64,000 nucleotides of DNA, from contig JAFGHJ010000023.1 in assembly GCA_016930175.1 (NCBI GenBank), positions 17,053 through 81,052 on the forward strand. The letters run 5' to 3'. Each line of letters begins with the position of its first letter. The first letter of the stretch is position 1. The position numbers were made by a program, and so were the translations under genes. The notes under the pieces were generated by a model. It searched no databases. It was given only the letters and a program-made list of their open reading frames with translations, and had not been told where the DNA came from. Shown in pieces: positions 28,045-37,506 of the stretch. Origin of the DNA: a candidate division WOR-3 bacterium. Lineage in GTDB: Bacteria > Hydrothermota > UBA3072.

Positions 28045-29703
28045 GTGAAAAGGTTTTCGATTTTTTCAAAAATTTTCTTGTTGTTTGTTTGCTTTAGTGT
28101 TGTACTTTCAGCCCGTTGGGGGGGTGCCGGCAGCATGATTGATGATGTTCTTAATATCCCATACGTAGAATACGCTCCTGTAATCGATGGAGAGCTGGAT
28201 GAAGATTGGGTTTTTGGTTTTCCCAATGTTCATATGTTCGCATATATCTTTGAGCAGCCAGATTCGTTTCATGGATACTCTGATTTTTCCTCATTCTATA
28301 AGGCCGCATGGAACGAGGATGGTTTTTATTTCTATGGACAGGTTGTAGACGACTCTCTCACAGGTACCGCGGATGCAGAAAACCCCCATAACAACGACTG
28401 CTGGGAAATTTATTTCGACGGAGATAACAGCAAAACTGCTCCATACGATGAAAATGACGTTCAGTGGAGATGGGTTTATGGTAAAACCGAAATCCAGTCA
28501 GGATGGGCTGACAAGGGTAACTGGGCATGGGCTCCAACCGCTAATGGTTATAGCTTCGAGCTGGAAATTCCTGTCGAAGAGCTCGTGAAGAACGGGGGCG
28601 CGGGAATCCCTTTTTTTACAAAAACAAGAGAACAGTTGTTCCCGCTTGAGGTAGGACAGGTAATCGGTTTTGAAACCCAGGTAGCCGACAACGACGGAGG
28701 AGTCCGCGAAGCGATGACAAAATGGTGGTCTGAGAGTAATAACTCCTGGCAGGATCCGGGGCTCTTTGGAACGGCAACTCTTGCCGATGATGATGTAATG
28801 TTGGAGATAAAAGACCTCGAATTTTCACCCACAATCGACGGAGAGCTGGGTGACGAGTGGGTCGATGTTATGGATAACGAAGTTCCTGAAGTTAAGATGT
28901 CCGCATATATTAACGAAGCGGGTACGTTTAGTGGTGACTCGGATATTACCTCATACTATCGTGTCGCGTGGAATGTTGACGGTATTTACTTCTTCGTAAG
29001 AGTAATCGATGACTCTGTTACAGGCGAAGCGGACTCTAAAAACCCTCATAACAACGACTGCTTTGAGATCTATTTCGACGGAGATAACAGCAAAACCTCT
29101 CCATACGACTCCAATGATATTCAGTGGAGATGGGTTTATGGTATGCCGGTTGATTCAGTAGGAAAATCAGGATGGGCAGATGTTGGTAACTGGGCATGGC
29201 TTAAAACAGAGAATGGTTATAACTTTGAATTAGAAATTCCTGTCGCAGAGCTCTTGAAGGGTGATCCTCCGGCTCAGCTGTTTCCGCTTGAGTACGGCCA
29301 GGTAATCGGCTTTGAAGTTCAGGTTGCTGATAACGACGGCGGAGTTCGTGAATCAATGACAAAATGGTGGGCTGCCGACAATAATTCCTGGCAGGATCCG
29401 GGCCTCTTTGGAACGGCAGTGTTATACATTGCTCTCGGAATCTCGGAGCCGGCTGCCGCTAACGTTGCACTTTCAGTTCCTCCGGTAGTAACGACCGACA
29501 ACGTTGTTGTTACGTTAAGCGTTCCGGCTGGAATCGCAGCGAAAGTGAATCTCTTCAATGTAGCAGGACGGTTAGTCAAATCCGTAGATGCTATTGGAAG
29601 CACCGTGTCTCTGGACTTATCAGGTCTCGCAAATGGGATATATTTATGCAGACTTGAAGCGGGCAATAGCACAAAAACCAAAAAGATAACACTGATCAAA
29701 TAA
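28045..29703 (+). CDS. Secreted tandem CBM9-like sugar-binding protein with T9SS C-terminal domain (paralog 1)
   Basis: Signal peptide; two repeats of P.IDGEL..W / W..DG.YF...V.DD / D..E.YFDGDN / GY.FE..IP / IGFE.QV.DND; C-terminal FNVAG..L.NG.Y..K. Confidence 0.85.
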   Translation: MKRFSIFSKIFLLFVCFSVVLSARWGGAGSMIDDVLNIPYVEYAPVIDGELDEDWVFGFPNVHMFAYIFEQPDSFHGYSDFSSFYKAAWNEDGFYFYGQVVDDSLTGTADAENPHNNDCWEIYFDGDNSKTAPYDENDVQWRWVYGKTEIQSGWADKGNWAWAPTANGYSFELEIPVEELVKNGGAGIPFFTKTREQLFPLEVGQVIGFETQVADNDGGVREAMTKWWSESNNSWQDPGLFGTATLADDDVMLEIKDLEFSPTIDGELGDEWVDVMDNEVPEVKMSAYINEAGTFSGDSDITSYYRVAWNVDGIYFFVRVIDDSVTGEADSKNPHNNDCFEIYFDGDNSKTSPYDSNDIQWRWVYGMPVDSVGKSGWADVGNWAWLKTENGYNFELEIPVAELLKGDPPAQLFPLEYGQVIGFEVQVADNDGGVRESMTKWWAADNNSWQDPGLFGTAVLYIALGISEPAAANVALSVPPVVTTDNVVVTLSVPAGIAAKVNLFNVAGRLVKSVDAIGSTVSLDLSGLANGIYLCRLEAGNSTKTKKITLIK

Positions 29704-29727
29704 ATAGTTTCGTTTCAATTGATGCTT

Positions 29728-29760
29728 ATGCCTGCGGCAAAGGACGCCACAGGCATTTTT
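29728..29760 (+). terminator. Intrinsic terminator
   Basis: ATGCCTGCGGC-loop-GCCACAGGCAT followed by TTTT, between convergent genes. Confidence 0.7.
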
Positions 29761-29786
29761 CTAAGCCAACAGCTAAAGGCCAAGCG

Positions 29787-30245
29787 CTATGTTTGTTTAT
29801 TAGAAAAGAACTCGTCCACTTTTTCAATCGCCTCTTCAGGGGTTTCTACTTTTTCAAAAGGAAGTGGTGTGGTGCATTTAATTCCTATTATTTTTTTCTT
29901 GTATATATGCCCGAAGGCAATTTCACTTTGCGTTCCTACTGCACCATCAATTGCTATCAGAATATCCGCACTTTGTGCTATAATTACATTTCTGGCATGA
30001 CTCATTCCGGTTGCGATCGGAACGTCAACCCATCTGTTGGCGGTTGCTCTTGCATTTCCGGGCAGTATTCCGATAACCAGCCCCCCTTCCTCTTTTGCTC
30101 CTTTCGAGGCTGCTTCCATAACTCCACCCAATCCGCCGGTTAGAAGGACATAACGTCTTTTTCCTATCAGCTTTCCCATTCTGAAGGCTAATTCATAAAT
30201 GTCTTTTGAGGTTTTAGATCCTCCGATAACGCCGACTATCTTCAT
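29787..30245 (-). CDS. TIGR00725-like Rossmann-fold (LOG/SLOG family) protein
   Basis: TGGLGGVMEAASKGA, IGILPG, ATGMSHARNVII and GAVGTQSEI motifs. Confidence 0.9.
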   Translation of the reverse strand: MKIVGVIGGSKTSKDIYELAFRMGKLIGKRRYVLLTGGLGGVMEAASKGAKEEGGLVIGILPGNARATANRWVDVPIATGMSHARNVIIAQSADILIAIDGAVGTQSEIAFGHIYKKKIIGIKCTTPLPFEKVETPEEAIEKVDEFFSNKQT

Positions 30246-33200
30246 CTTATTACTGCTATTTTACCATAATAAGGTTCGCTGTCACCTGCTTTTATTGCGT
30301 AGTAGTAAATCCCGTTAGAGACTTTTCTGCCCTTACTGTCCCTGCCGTCCCATTCTACATAATTTGCCCCATACCTGGAGATTCCCGGAGACAGCTCTTT
30401 AACCAATCTTCCCGCGATCGTGAATATTTTAATAGTTACGGGGACTTCTTCAGAAATGTGATAAATTATTACTGTTTTGTCCTTCATTGGATTCGGGTAG
30501 TTTCTGACATTCCAGAGTAATTCTTCTTCTCCTATTTTGAAGGATGTCTCCACAGTGGCTATATTCCCGGCGTTATCTTTTGCGTATACTCCAAAATTGA
30601 TAGAATCGGCAGGTCCGGGAGCCTCATAAGAAAAAGTAACATCTCCTGCTGTCGAATTACCTGTTATGTAGGAAAACCTATCAGCTAAAAAAACCGGATT
30701 TCCGCTGTTAATTATAATCTGAAGATTGGATTTCGCTCTTAAGTCAAGGCCACTGCTGTCTCTAACAGCAAGAGTTATCTCTCCTGAAGGAGGTATCAGA
30801 TCTCCGCGTTCTAAAATTCTGTCTTGTAGTTTAAATTCAACGCCAGGAGGAATTGTATCTTCGGGGAGAGCGCCCTCGACAAAATATATTTGAGAATAAA
30901 AATATGATTCACTTTCGCCCCGTGAATATAAAGAAATTTTACCCGAGTCTGATTGTATATTATAAGGAACGGTTGCTTTTAAAGTGAATGAATCATTAAC
31001 TACGGGCGCACTGCCTCTGAACAAAGATTTTCCTTCTTTTCTTATTGTGAAAGGTGTAAAAGTATCGGTGCCTTCCGACGCATCAAGAACAGTATCATAA
31101 CTTGCCTCAGTTACCAAGGCAAAAATCTTCTCGGACGAGTTGCGGACAGCCCCTTTTATTTCTAATATTCTGCCTCCCAAAGCCGTATCGGGGATTGTAA
31201 CATCAAGTGAAACCGAATCGATAAGTATAGAAGTCGCCGGGTCTCCAAAAAAAGTATAAGTATAATGTCCTTCATCCTCTTTTGCAAAAAGGAAAGCATC
31301 GCCTGCAGTAAACGCAGAATTGCCGAAAAGATGAATCGCTATCCTCTGTGCAAATATTCCGTTTGAATAATATCCGGTGGCTCTTCCTGCAGCGATTGAA
31401 ACGATATTACCTCCATCTTTGTATAGATTTGAATATCCACCGATGCAATTTTCATTCGGTCTTTCAAAGTAACCGACATCGCAGGATCCGAAGTAATAGA
31501 AAGGAGTTTTTCTCCAATTGGAAAAAAGGTTGATATCATTAAGTTCAAGTGCTTTTTCATCAGCTATCTGTGTCAGATTGCCGTGTCCCAGATAGAATCC
31601 CAAAAGAGCTCCCTCGGACATCGATTGGAGATGAGCTTGTTGAGCGGCGGGCTTTGTGCCGCTTTCGGACATGGGATACTCCATTAGATAAATTTTATCT
31701 CTGTAAATCCAGTCGGGCAAAAGGTTAGAGACCGACTCCATATACTCGGTGTGTTCACTTTCTCCGCTGATGGAGTGATTTCTCTTAATGGCATCGTCAG
31801 CCAAAAGAATTGTTTTCATCCGCCAGTTCCCTGTGCTTTTCTCGTATTCGATTAATTTGTCTGCCCATTCTTTTCCTTCCGAGACATCCGAAGCGGTTAC
31901 TCTTCCGATAGGTATATCCGGAACCTTATCTTCATTAAAGTCCGTAAACCAGCTATCCCAGGAGGGATTTGAAACGAGATATCCTGAAGACTGATAAATA
32001 GTTGTTCCTTCAGTATGTATGGGAATAAAGGAAGTTTTTCTTGTACTCGTCAAGTTTCTGTCGTCATAGCTTCCGTCGCCAAACAATAAAACATAACTAA
32101 CAGGAGGATTCCAGTTTTCCTGAGTCCAGTATAAAAACCTCTTTATCGCGGAAGGGTCTCTTACTCCGTAGGAAAAATTATCGTAGATATCATCTGTTTC
32201 TATAACTCGAGCTCGGGGTGAAGCAACGCCTCTAAGATGGTTTTCTCTCCAGCTTTTTAATCTCGAAGCCTGAGCCAGGAACCGGTTGTCTGTTATGGCA
32301 ATCCAGTCAGCCCCGCCCTGAAGTAGATTTGTAGGATCATCTAAAGATATACCCTCGATAGAATAAGGCAGAGACTGCAGTAATGTTTTCCTGGAATTTG
32401 TGGAGAAATCAGCATTACCGTTACTGAAAGTATGAGTTATCAGAGAAGGATTTCTTGAATTCTCAATTTTTATTACATAAGGATCGCCTGAAAATCCCGA
32501 TGCGGTATAATTCCTTACTAAAGATTGATCTTTTGTTATCAGTAATTTATTCTCATTTGCGACTAATCTTCTTTCGTATATTATCTCTACATAATCCATG
32601 ATTATCGATTTTTCGGTAGTCTCGAGTGCAACAACTAAATTGTTCGGACCTGAATTGAGTGTATTTATTGTATCTGAAAGCAGGGTTCTGTCTGTAGCTT
32701 CATTACCCTCGGAAGCAATTGTTTTTGAGACGCTCTGACCGTTTAAGGAAACCTCTATATCGTAATTGCCGGGAGTCTTGGGGTAGAAAGCTACTCGAAT
32801 GATTGCCTGGTTGTCGTGATTGTTGAAAACATTAAAAGTTGTTTGCAGTGTGTCGTTGCCGCTCTGTGAAGTAGCTGTTGTGCTTAATTCTTTCCATCCC
32901 CAAGCGAGGCCGCTCTTTAAAGGGCTGCTAACATCCTTTTCAAGATGAATCGTATCCGTGAAATGAGTAACGCTCTCACCCCCGGACCGGGATATTTCTT
33001 CCATCGTATGAGGGTTTTCGCCGTTAAAACGCAGCCAGTAAACATTGGTGTCTGTATAAGGGTGATAATAAAAAAATACATCATTGTTAAAATTGTTTCT
33101 TCCCCACCCTGAGAGAGAATGCGCGTAAAAAATAATTCTTTCTCCTTCCCGGAAAATACCATCCCCATCAACTTCATATATTGTTGGTAATACACCCGGG

Positions 33201-33943
33201 AGTGTATCCATGTCTAGTATACTTTCCATCTCCCAGGTCATTATCCTGTCATACCCGCCGAGAACTTCTATTTTTTCCGGATCGATCGAAGAAGGTTCTA
33301 TTCCGGCTTCCTCGAGGTCTGCCGGGGTAATCTCGTATAAACCTTCCCTTGTTGTCTTTATCTTCGCATATAAAAAAGCTTCCTGACGTAATTTTTGAAT
33401 GGCTGAGGTTCTTATTCTTTCTCCTCTGATTTGATTCAGAAAAAGATGGGAGTTCTTTCTCTGGTACCCCTGCGGGCTTATCCATTTGCCGCCGCGGAAG
33501 TAAATCTTGATTAAAATATCCTTTCTTACCTTTACATTTCTTCCGTCAAAAGAAAAAGGATTTATCATTATTGTGGCGTTACCATGCGGAGAAGGCTTGT
33601 TTTCTATTATTGTTACAGGAAGGGGAGTATACCTTTCGGGAACTTCTCTCGTCTCGTTTTCTCCGTAATGCCGGATAATCGTCGGCGTTCCGGTCTCGTT
33701 ATGGGTACTCAGAACCGCATATCTCAACTCGATTCTGCCTTTTACCGGTGTTAATATTCTCTTCTTAACCGAAGCTAATGCAGGTAAACCGCTTTCTTCC
33801 GGGAGCGCTCCGCCGTCTTTTAAATCATACTGAACTTTATCCCCAACCATGTTCTTCTGATATTCCGCGGAATACTTTAGAATCAGAGAATCCGGCGTAT
33901 CCGAAAGTACCGTGATTAAAGAAAATAAACAAAATATTATCAT
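30242..33943 (-). CDS. porU: Type IX secretion sortase PorU (peptidase C25) with FlgD/CTD tail
   Basis: IYDNFSYG..DPSAIKRFL, YVLLFGDGSYD, IPIGRV, YLGHG (His), FGSCDVG (Cys), FGDP and NYPNP..WDGRD motifs. Confidence 0.85.
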   Translation of the reverse strand: MIIFCLFSLITVLSDTPDSLILKYSAEYQKNMVGDKVQYDLKDGGALPEESGLPALASVKKRILTPVKGRIELRYAVLSTHNETGTPTIIRHYGENETREVPERYTPLPVTIIENKPSPHGNATIMINPFSFDGRNVKVRKDILIKIYFRGGKWISPQGYQRKNSHLFLNQIRGERIRTSAIQKLRQEAFLYAKIKTTREGLYEITPADLEEAGIEPSSIDPEKIEVLGGYDRIMTWEMESILDMDTLPGVLPTIYEVDGDGIFREGERIIFYAHSLSGWGRNNFNNDVFFYYHPYTDTNVYWLRFNGENPHTMEEISRSGGESVTHFTDTIHLEKDVSSPLKSGLAWGWKELSTTATSQSGNDTLQTTFNVFNNHDNQAIIRVAFYPKTPGNYDIEVSLNGQSVSKTIASEGNEATDRTLLSDTINTLNSGPNNLVVALETTEKSIIMDYVEIIYERRLVANENKLLITKDQSLVRNYTASGFSGDPYVIKIENSRNPSLITHTFSNGNADFSTNSRKTLLQSLPYSIEGISLDDPTNLLQGGADWIAITDNRFLAQASRLKSWRENHLRGVASPRARVIETDDIYDNFSYGVRDPSAIKRFLYWTQENWNPPVSYVLLFGDGSYDDRNLTSTRKTSFIPIHTEGTTIYQSSGYLVSNPSWDSWFTDFNEDKVPDIPIGRVTASDVSEGKEWADKLIEYEKSTGNWRMKTILLADDAIKRNHSISGESEHTEYMESVSNLLPDWIYRDKIYLMEYPMSESGTKPAAQQAHLQSMSEGALLGFYLGHGNLTQIADEKALELNDINLFSNWRKTPFYYFGSCDVGYFERPNENCIGGYSNLYKDGGNIVSIAAGRATGYYSNGIFAQRIAIHLFGNSAFTAGDAFLFAKEDEGHYTYTFFGDPATSILIDSVSLDVTIPDTALGGRILEIKGAVRNSSEKIFALVTEASYDTVLDASEGTDTFTPFTIRKEGKSLFRGSAPVVNDSFTLKATVPYNIQSDSGKISLYSRGESESYFYSQIYFVEGALPEDTIPPGVEFKLQDRILERGDLIPPSGEITLAVRDSSGLDLRAKSNLQIIINSGNPVFLADRFSYITGNSTAGDVTFSYEAPGPADSINFGVYAKDNAGNIATVETSFKIGEEELLWNVRNYPNPMKDKTVIIYHISEEVPVTIKIFTIAGRLVKELSPGISRYGANYVEWDGRDSKGRKVSNGIYYYAIKAGDSEPYYGKIAVIR

Positions 33944-34104
33944 ATCTTTTCGGCTTCCTCTATCAACATTACCGGTATATCATCTTTAATTGGATAGGCG
34001 AGTTTACACTCGTTGCATATTAGTCTTTCTTTTTCTTTGTCGAGCCTCAAGGAGCCTTTACACTTTGGGCAAACAAGTATATCTAACAAATCTTTGCTAA
34101 TCAT
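33940..34104 (-). CDS. Trm112/YcaR family protein (54 aa)
   Basis: Below the ORF-track cutoff. MISKDLLDILVCPKCKGSL..LICNECKLAYPIKDDIPVMLIEEAEKI, with an AGGAGG RBS and an ATGA overlap with porU. Confidence 0.92.
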   Translation of the reverse strand: MISKDLLDILVCPKCKGSLRLDKEKERLICNECKLAYPIKDDIPVMLIEEAEKI

Positions 34105-34189
34105 TTAATATTCCTCCTATCTTGATATATTTAATAACAAATATCGTAAAAAGAAACTAACTTTTCCTTTTGAAAAGTCAAGAGCGATA

Positions 34190-34404
34190 TCCACCCCCGA
34201 CCCCTATAATAGGACACAGATGAACGCAGATTTAAAAGATTTCTTTTTCTGTTTTCCAATTCAACCATTTAACGATTCAACTATTCAACTCAGATTCGGA
34301 GAATTTACATTTTGCTTTTTAATTTTTTATATTTTATTACAAGGAAAACTAAAGTCCAAAAGGTGTTTGATTTTAAGTCGTTGCTGAGCGGTTGATAGGT
34401 TGAA
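34190..34404. repeat. Intergenic repeat-module array
   Basis: C-tract, GGACACAGATGAACGCAGATTTAAAAGATT, octamers ATTCAACC-ATTTAACG-ATTCAACT-ATTCAACT and a partial inverse GGTTGATAGGTTGAA. Confidence 0.75.
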
Positions 34405-34485
34405 ATACGATATCTTGTGAAATCCTCACATTTTGTTATAATTTACGAAATTTTTGAATAAAATACGAATAAAGGATTAATATTT

Positions 34486-35016
34486 ATGGAAGATGCGATT
34501 TTGATTAAAAAATGTAAGAATGGCGATATGGGAGCCTATGAGGAGCTTGTTAAAAAATATATGAAGAAAGCTTACAACGTGGCGCTGTATTACACAAAGA
34601 ATCCGGCTGACGCATGGGACATTTCTCAACAGGGATTTGTAAACGCCTGGAAAGGAATAAAGAGATTCGATACAGGCAGTCCTTTCTTTCCGTGGCTTTA
34701 TGCTATAATTAAAAACGAAGCGTTAACGAAATTCAAGAAAGAAAAGAAGGAAGAAGAGAAAAGAGAAAGCCGTTTGCCCCTTAGAAGTATTGTTTCTCCG
34801 GAAGAAAGTTTGGAAAAAGAAGAAAAAGTTGTAAAATTACAGAAAGCTCTTTCAAAATTGGATAAAGAAAAAAAGGAAATTATATATCTCAGGCATTACG
34901 CAGATATGAGCTATAAAGAAATATCGGAAGCTCTGGGGCTTCCTCCCGGAACGATAATGTCCAGGCTTTACTATGCGAGAAAAGCTTTGCAGAGGGAGTA
35001 TATGAAGAATGAATAG
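34486..35016 (+). CDS. ECF sigma factor
   Basis: DAWDISQQGF..AW, FFPWLY and MSYKEISEALGLPPGTIMSRLYYARKAL motifs. Confidence 0.93.
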   Translation: MEDAILIKKCKNGDMGAYEELVKKYMKKAYNVALYYTKNPADAWDISQQGFVNAWKGIKRFDTGSPFFPWLYAIIKNEALTKFKKEKKEEEKRESRLPLRSIVSPEESLEKEEKVVKLQKALSKLDKEKKEIIYLRHYADMSYKEISEALGLPPGTIMSRLYYARKALQREYMKNE

Positions 35017-35449
35017 AGAAGAGGAACTTAAAAATAAGTATTTCGACGGAGTTTTATCCGAAAAAGAAAAAAAAGAACTTAAAAAAATAATTTCTAAGGA
35101 TAAAAAAACAGCAAAAGAACTGAAAGAAATGGATAAATTAAAGGAGGTGATAGATATGTTGGAACCGGTTGACCCTGAAAAGGAATGGGAAAAATATTGG
35201 AGTTCTCTTTACAATAAACTGGAAAGAGGAATAGGATGGATTATATTTTCGATCGGAGCTATCTTAACCATCACCTTTTTCGGTTTTCAGTTTATAAAAG
35301 AATTGATCCGCGACCCACATATTGCACTCTTCGCAAAAATAGGACTTATTGCGTTAATATCAGGTCTTGCAATCCTTTTCGTTTCGGTTGTAAGAGAAAG
35401 GCTAACTCTGTCAAAAACTGATAAATATTCAAAGGAGGTTGAAAGATGA
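35009..35449 (+). CDS. Putative membrane-bound anti-sigma factor
   Basis: Overlaps the ECF gene; N-terminal YFDGVLS anti-sigma-like helix without Zn ligands; two C-terminal TM helices. Confidence 0.75.
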   Translation: MNREEELKNKYFDGVLSEKEKKELKKIISKDKKTAKELKEMDKLKEVIDMLEPVDPEKEWEKYWSSLYNKLERGIGWIIFSIGAILTITFFGFQFIKELIRDPHIALFAKIGLIALISGLAILFVSVVRERLTLSKTDKYSKEVER

Positions 35450-35766
35450 TACTCTCCACCACTGACGAAATTGCGGGTAAGGAGATAACCGAGGTTTTAG
35501 GATTGGTTAGAGGAAATACGATTCGTTGCAGACATATTGGAAAAGACATTATGGCAGGATTTAAAAACCTGGTTGGGGGAGAAATTACTGATTACACAAA
35601 GATGCTCGCCGAGTCGAGGGAGCAGTCTCTTGACAGAATGGTGGAAAATGCTAAAGAGTTGGGAGCCGACGCTATAGTAGGAATACGCTTTACAACCTCC
35701 TCCGTTATGCAGGCTGCGGCAGAACTTCTTGTCTATGGTACTGCAGTAAGGATTAGAGACAAATAA
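35446..35766 (+). CDS. ybjQ: YbjQ/UPF0145 family protein
   Basis: GLVRGNT..HIGKDIMAGFKNLVGGEI..Y..ML.ESRE and GADAIVGIRF..YGTAV motifs. Confidence 0.93.
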   Translation: MILSTTDEIAGKEITEVLGLVRGNTIRCRHIGKDIMAGFKNLVGGEITDYTKMLAESREQSLDRMVENAKELGADAIVGIRFTTSSVMQAAAELLVYGTAVRIRDK

Positions 35767-35778
35767 TTGGTTGTTAAT

Positions 35779-35887
35779 AATTATGAATTATAAATTTTGA
35801 ATTTTGAATTAAGACGATAAATTCTCTGTGCTCTCTGTGAGTTCTTTTCTCTGTTCTCTGTGGTTAATTGGGGAGGAGGGGTGGGGT
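35779..35887. repeat. Intergenic repeat-module array upstream of the GGDEF promoter
   Basis: Heptamers AATTATG-AATTATA-AATTTTG-AATTTTG; a reverse-complement near-copy of the module at 27780-27827; G-tract GGGGAGGAGGGGTGGGG. Confidence 0.85.
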
Positions 35888-35953
35888 TAAGTTTTTTCCC
35901 TTGACTATTTGCTCGAATATTCCTATTTTTCTTATTGAGGAAATCATAAATCC

Positions 35954-37234
35954 ATGCGTAAAGAAGCAGATAAAGAACTTTACGATGAATCTTCCATAAA
36001 TGGTCATAAATATGAAGGCAAATGGGGTATGGTGGTGTTTGTTCTTGGTGTTGTGCTGCTGTCGTGCGGCTTCTGGCTTTCCGGACTCCTACCGCAGAGA
36101 TTTAATCCTTCGGCGTTCACAAAGCTATTTTCGTTTATAGGTATTCTTACCGGTGCGGGAGCCATCTCGGTCGGGTATTTTTCTTATCCCAGAATACATA
36201 ATTTGAAAGTCTTTCTTTCGGGTCATGTTACGGGCATTTCTTCTCTTGCTTTTTGTTTTTTTAGTTCCGCAGGAATATTTTCACTTCCGGCATCAAAGAG
36301 TTTTATTCCGGGAATCTATCTTTTGATGATTGCCGGAATACTGACAAGTGCATTGTTGCCTACATTTTTGAAGTATAGGTGGACTAAGCGAATTACGATT
36401 TCGGTACTCCTTATCGACGTAATTTTTCTCTTTATTTTCTGGAAAACACCTTTTGAAATGGCTTCCATGGAAGCTTTTCGTAAATACAGTTATAGTTTAT
36501 GGCTAACCCTTCTCCCCGGCGTAATTGCATTAGCGACTCTGGTTCTTTCCGTATTCGTATTGAAGCGCCAATTTTTTCTGGGAGGAGTGATGGGAGGAAT
36601 GGCAGTATTTTTCGGAGGAGGCTGGTACTTTGGTAACATAAGAACAGAGATTTTGCTTTTTGATTCTTACGTATTTGCTGTAGCTCCCTTTTTCTTCGTA
36701 ATAGGAGTTTTTATACACTGGCTGGCAAGAATGGAACACAGAGCGTCCTACGATCCTCTGCTTCGAGTTTATAACCGCAGTTACTGCGAGCGTATTCTTG
36801 ACGAACAAACAAAAGTCGATACGAACCCTCCTTTTGGAATAGCCATAGTAGATATAGATCGTTTCAAAAATGTAAACGATAAATACGGTCACAGAGCCGG
36901 AGACGAAGTTTTGCTCCAGCTGGCCCGGATATTGACAAATGAGGTGGTTCCCGACGGTATAGTCTGCCGCTACGGCGGAGAAGAGTTTGTCATTTTCTTT
37001 CCTCGTCAGAGCAGCACAAAAATAAAGATGATGATGGAATTAATCAGAAAGAAAGTAAAGAGAACTTCCGTAAAAGCGGGGAAGAAAAGAATAAGGATTT
37101 CAATTTCTGCAGGAATTTCACATCGCCAGGACTGCAGTCTGACTTTACACAAAGTCTTTAGAATGGCAGATAAAGCCCTTTACAGAGCAAAAAGAGAGGG
37201 CAGAAACCAGGTCAGGTTTAGTAAAACGGAATAG
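35954..37234 (+). CDS. Membrane-bound diguanylate cyclase (GGEEF)
   Basis: About 8 TM helices, then DPLL..YNR, DIDRFKNVNDKYGHRAGD, RYGGEEF and ADKALYRAK; no RxxD I-site. Confidence 0.93.
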   Translation: MRKEADKELYDESSINGHKYEGKWGMVVFVLGVVLLSCGFWLSGLLPQRFNPSAFTKLFSFIGILTGAGAISVGYFSYPRIHNLKVFLSGHVTGISSLAFCFFSSAGIFSLPASKSFIPGIYLLMIAGILTSALLPTFLKYRWTKRITISVLLIDVIFLFIFWKTPFEMASMEAFRKYSYSLWLTLLPGVIALATLVLSVFVLKRQFFLGGVMGGMAVFFGGGWYFGNIRTEILLFDSYVFAVAPFFFVIGVFIHWLARMEHRASYDPLLRVYNRSYCERILDEQTKVDTNPPFGIAIVDIDRFKNVNDKYGHRAGDEVLLQLARILTNEVVPDGIVCRYGGEEFVIFFPRQSSTKIKMMMELIRKKVKRTSVKAGKKRIRISISAGISHRQDCSLTLHKVFRMADKALYRAKREGRNQVRFSKTE

Positions 37235-37248
37235 ATACCAAAAAATTA

Positions 37249-37475
37249 ATCTCAAACAAAGCCACAAAGAACGCAAAGAAAGGATTTAGAAGTTGGAAGT
37301 TATGAGTTAGGATAAAACAGCAAATAAAAGATCCTATTAAATCTGCGTTTATCTGTATCTTAACTTTGGGGTTTGGGATTTTGGATTTAGTTAAAATAAC
37401 AAAAAATTTCTGTGCTCTCTATGAGTCTGTATTTCTCTGTGTTCTCTGTGGTAAAAATATGGTGAGGTAGTGGGG
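37249..37475. repeat. Intergenic repeat-module array upstream of tRNA-Leu
   Basis: ATCTCAAACAAAGCCACAAAGAACGCAAAG, ATCTGCGTTTATCTGT, GGGGTTTGGGATTTTGGA, TTCTGTGCTCTCTATGAG..TCTCTGTGTTCTCTGTGGT, then a G-tract. Confidence 0.8.
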
Positions 37476-37478
37476 CTC

Positions 37479-37506
37479 TTGACACTTACAAATGATTAAC
37501 TATATT
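37479..37506 (+). promoter_or_regulatory. Promoter of tRNA-Leu
   Basis: TTGACA-16 nt-TATATT. Confidence 0.7.

Noticed and set aside
28590-28620. Terminator-like GGGAATCCC-T7 inside CBM9 gene 1
   Set aside because: The stem is too short and lies in an open, in-frame loop insertion.
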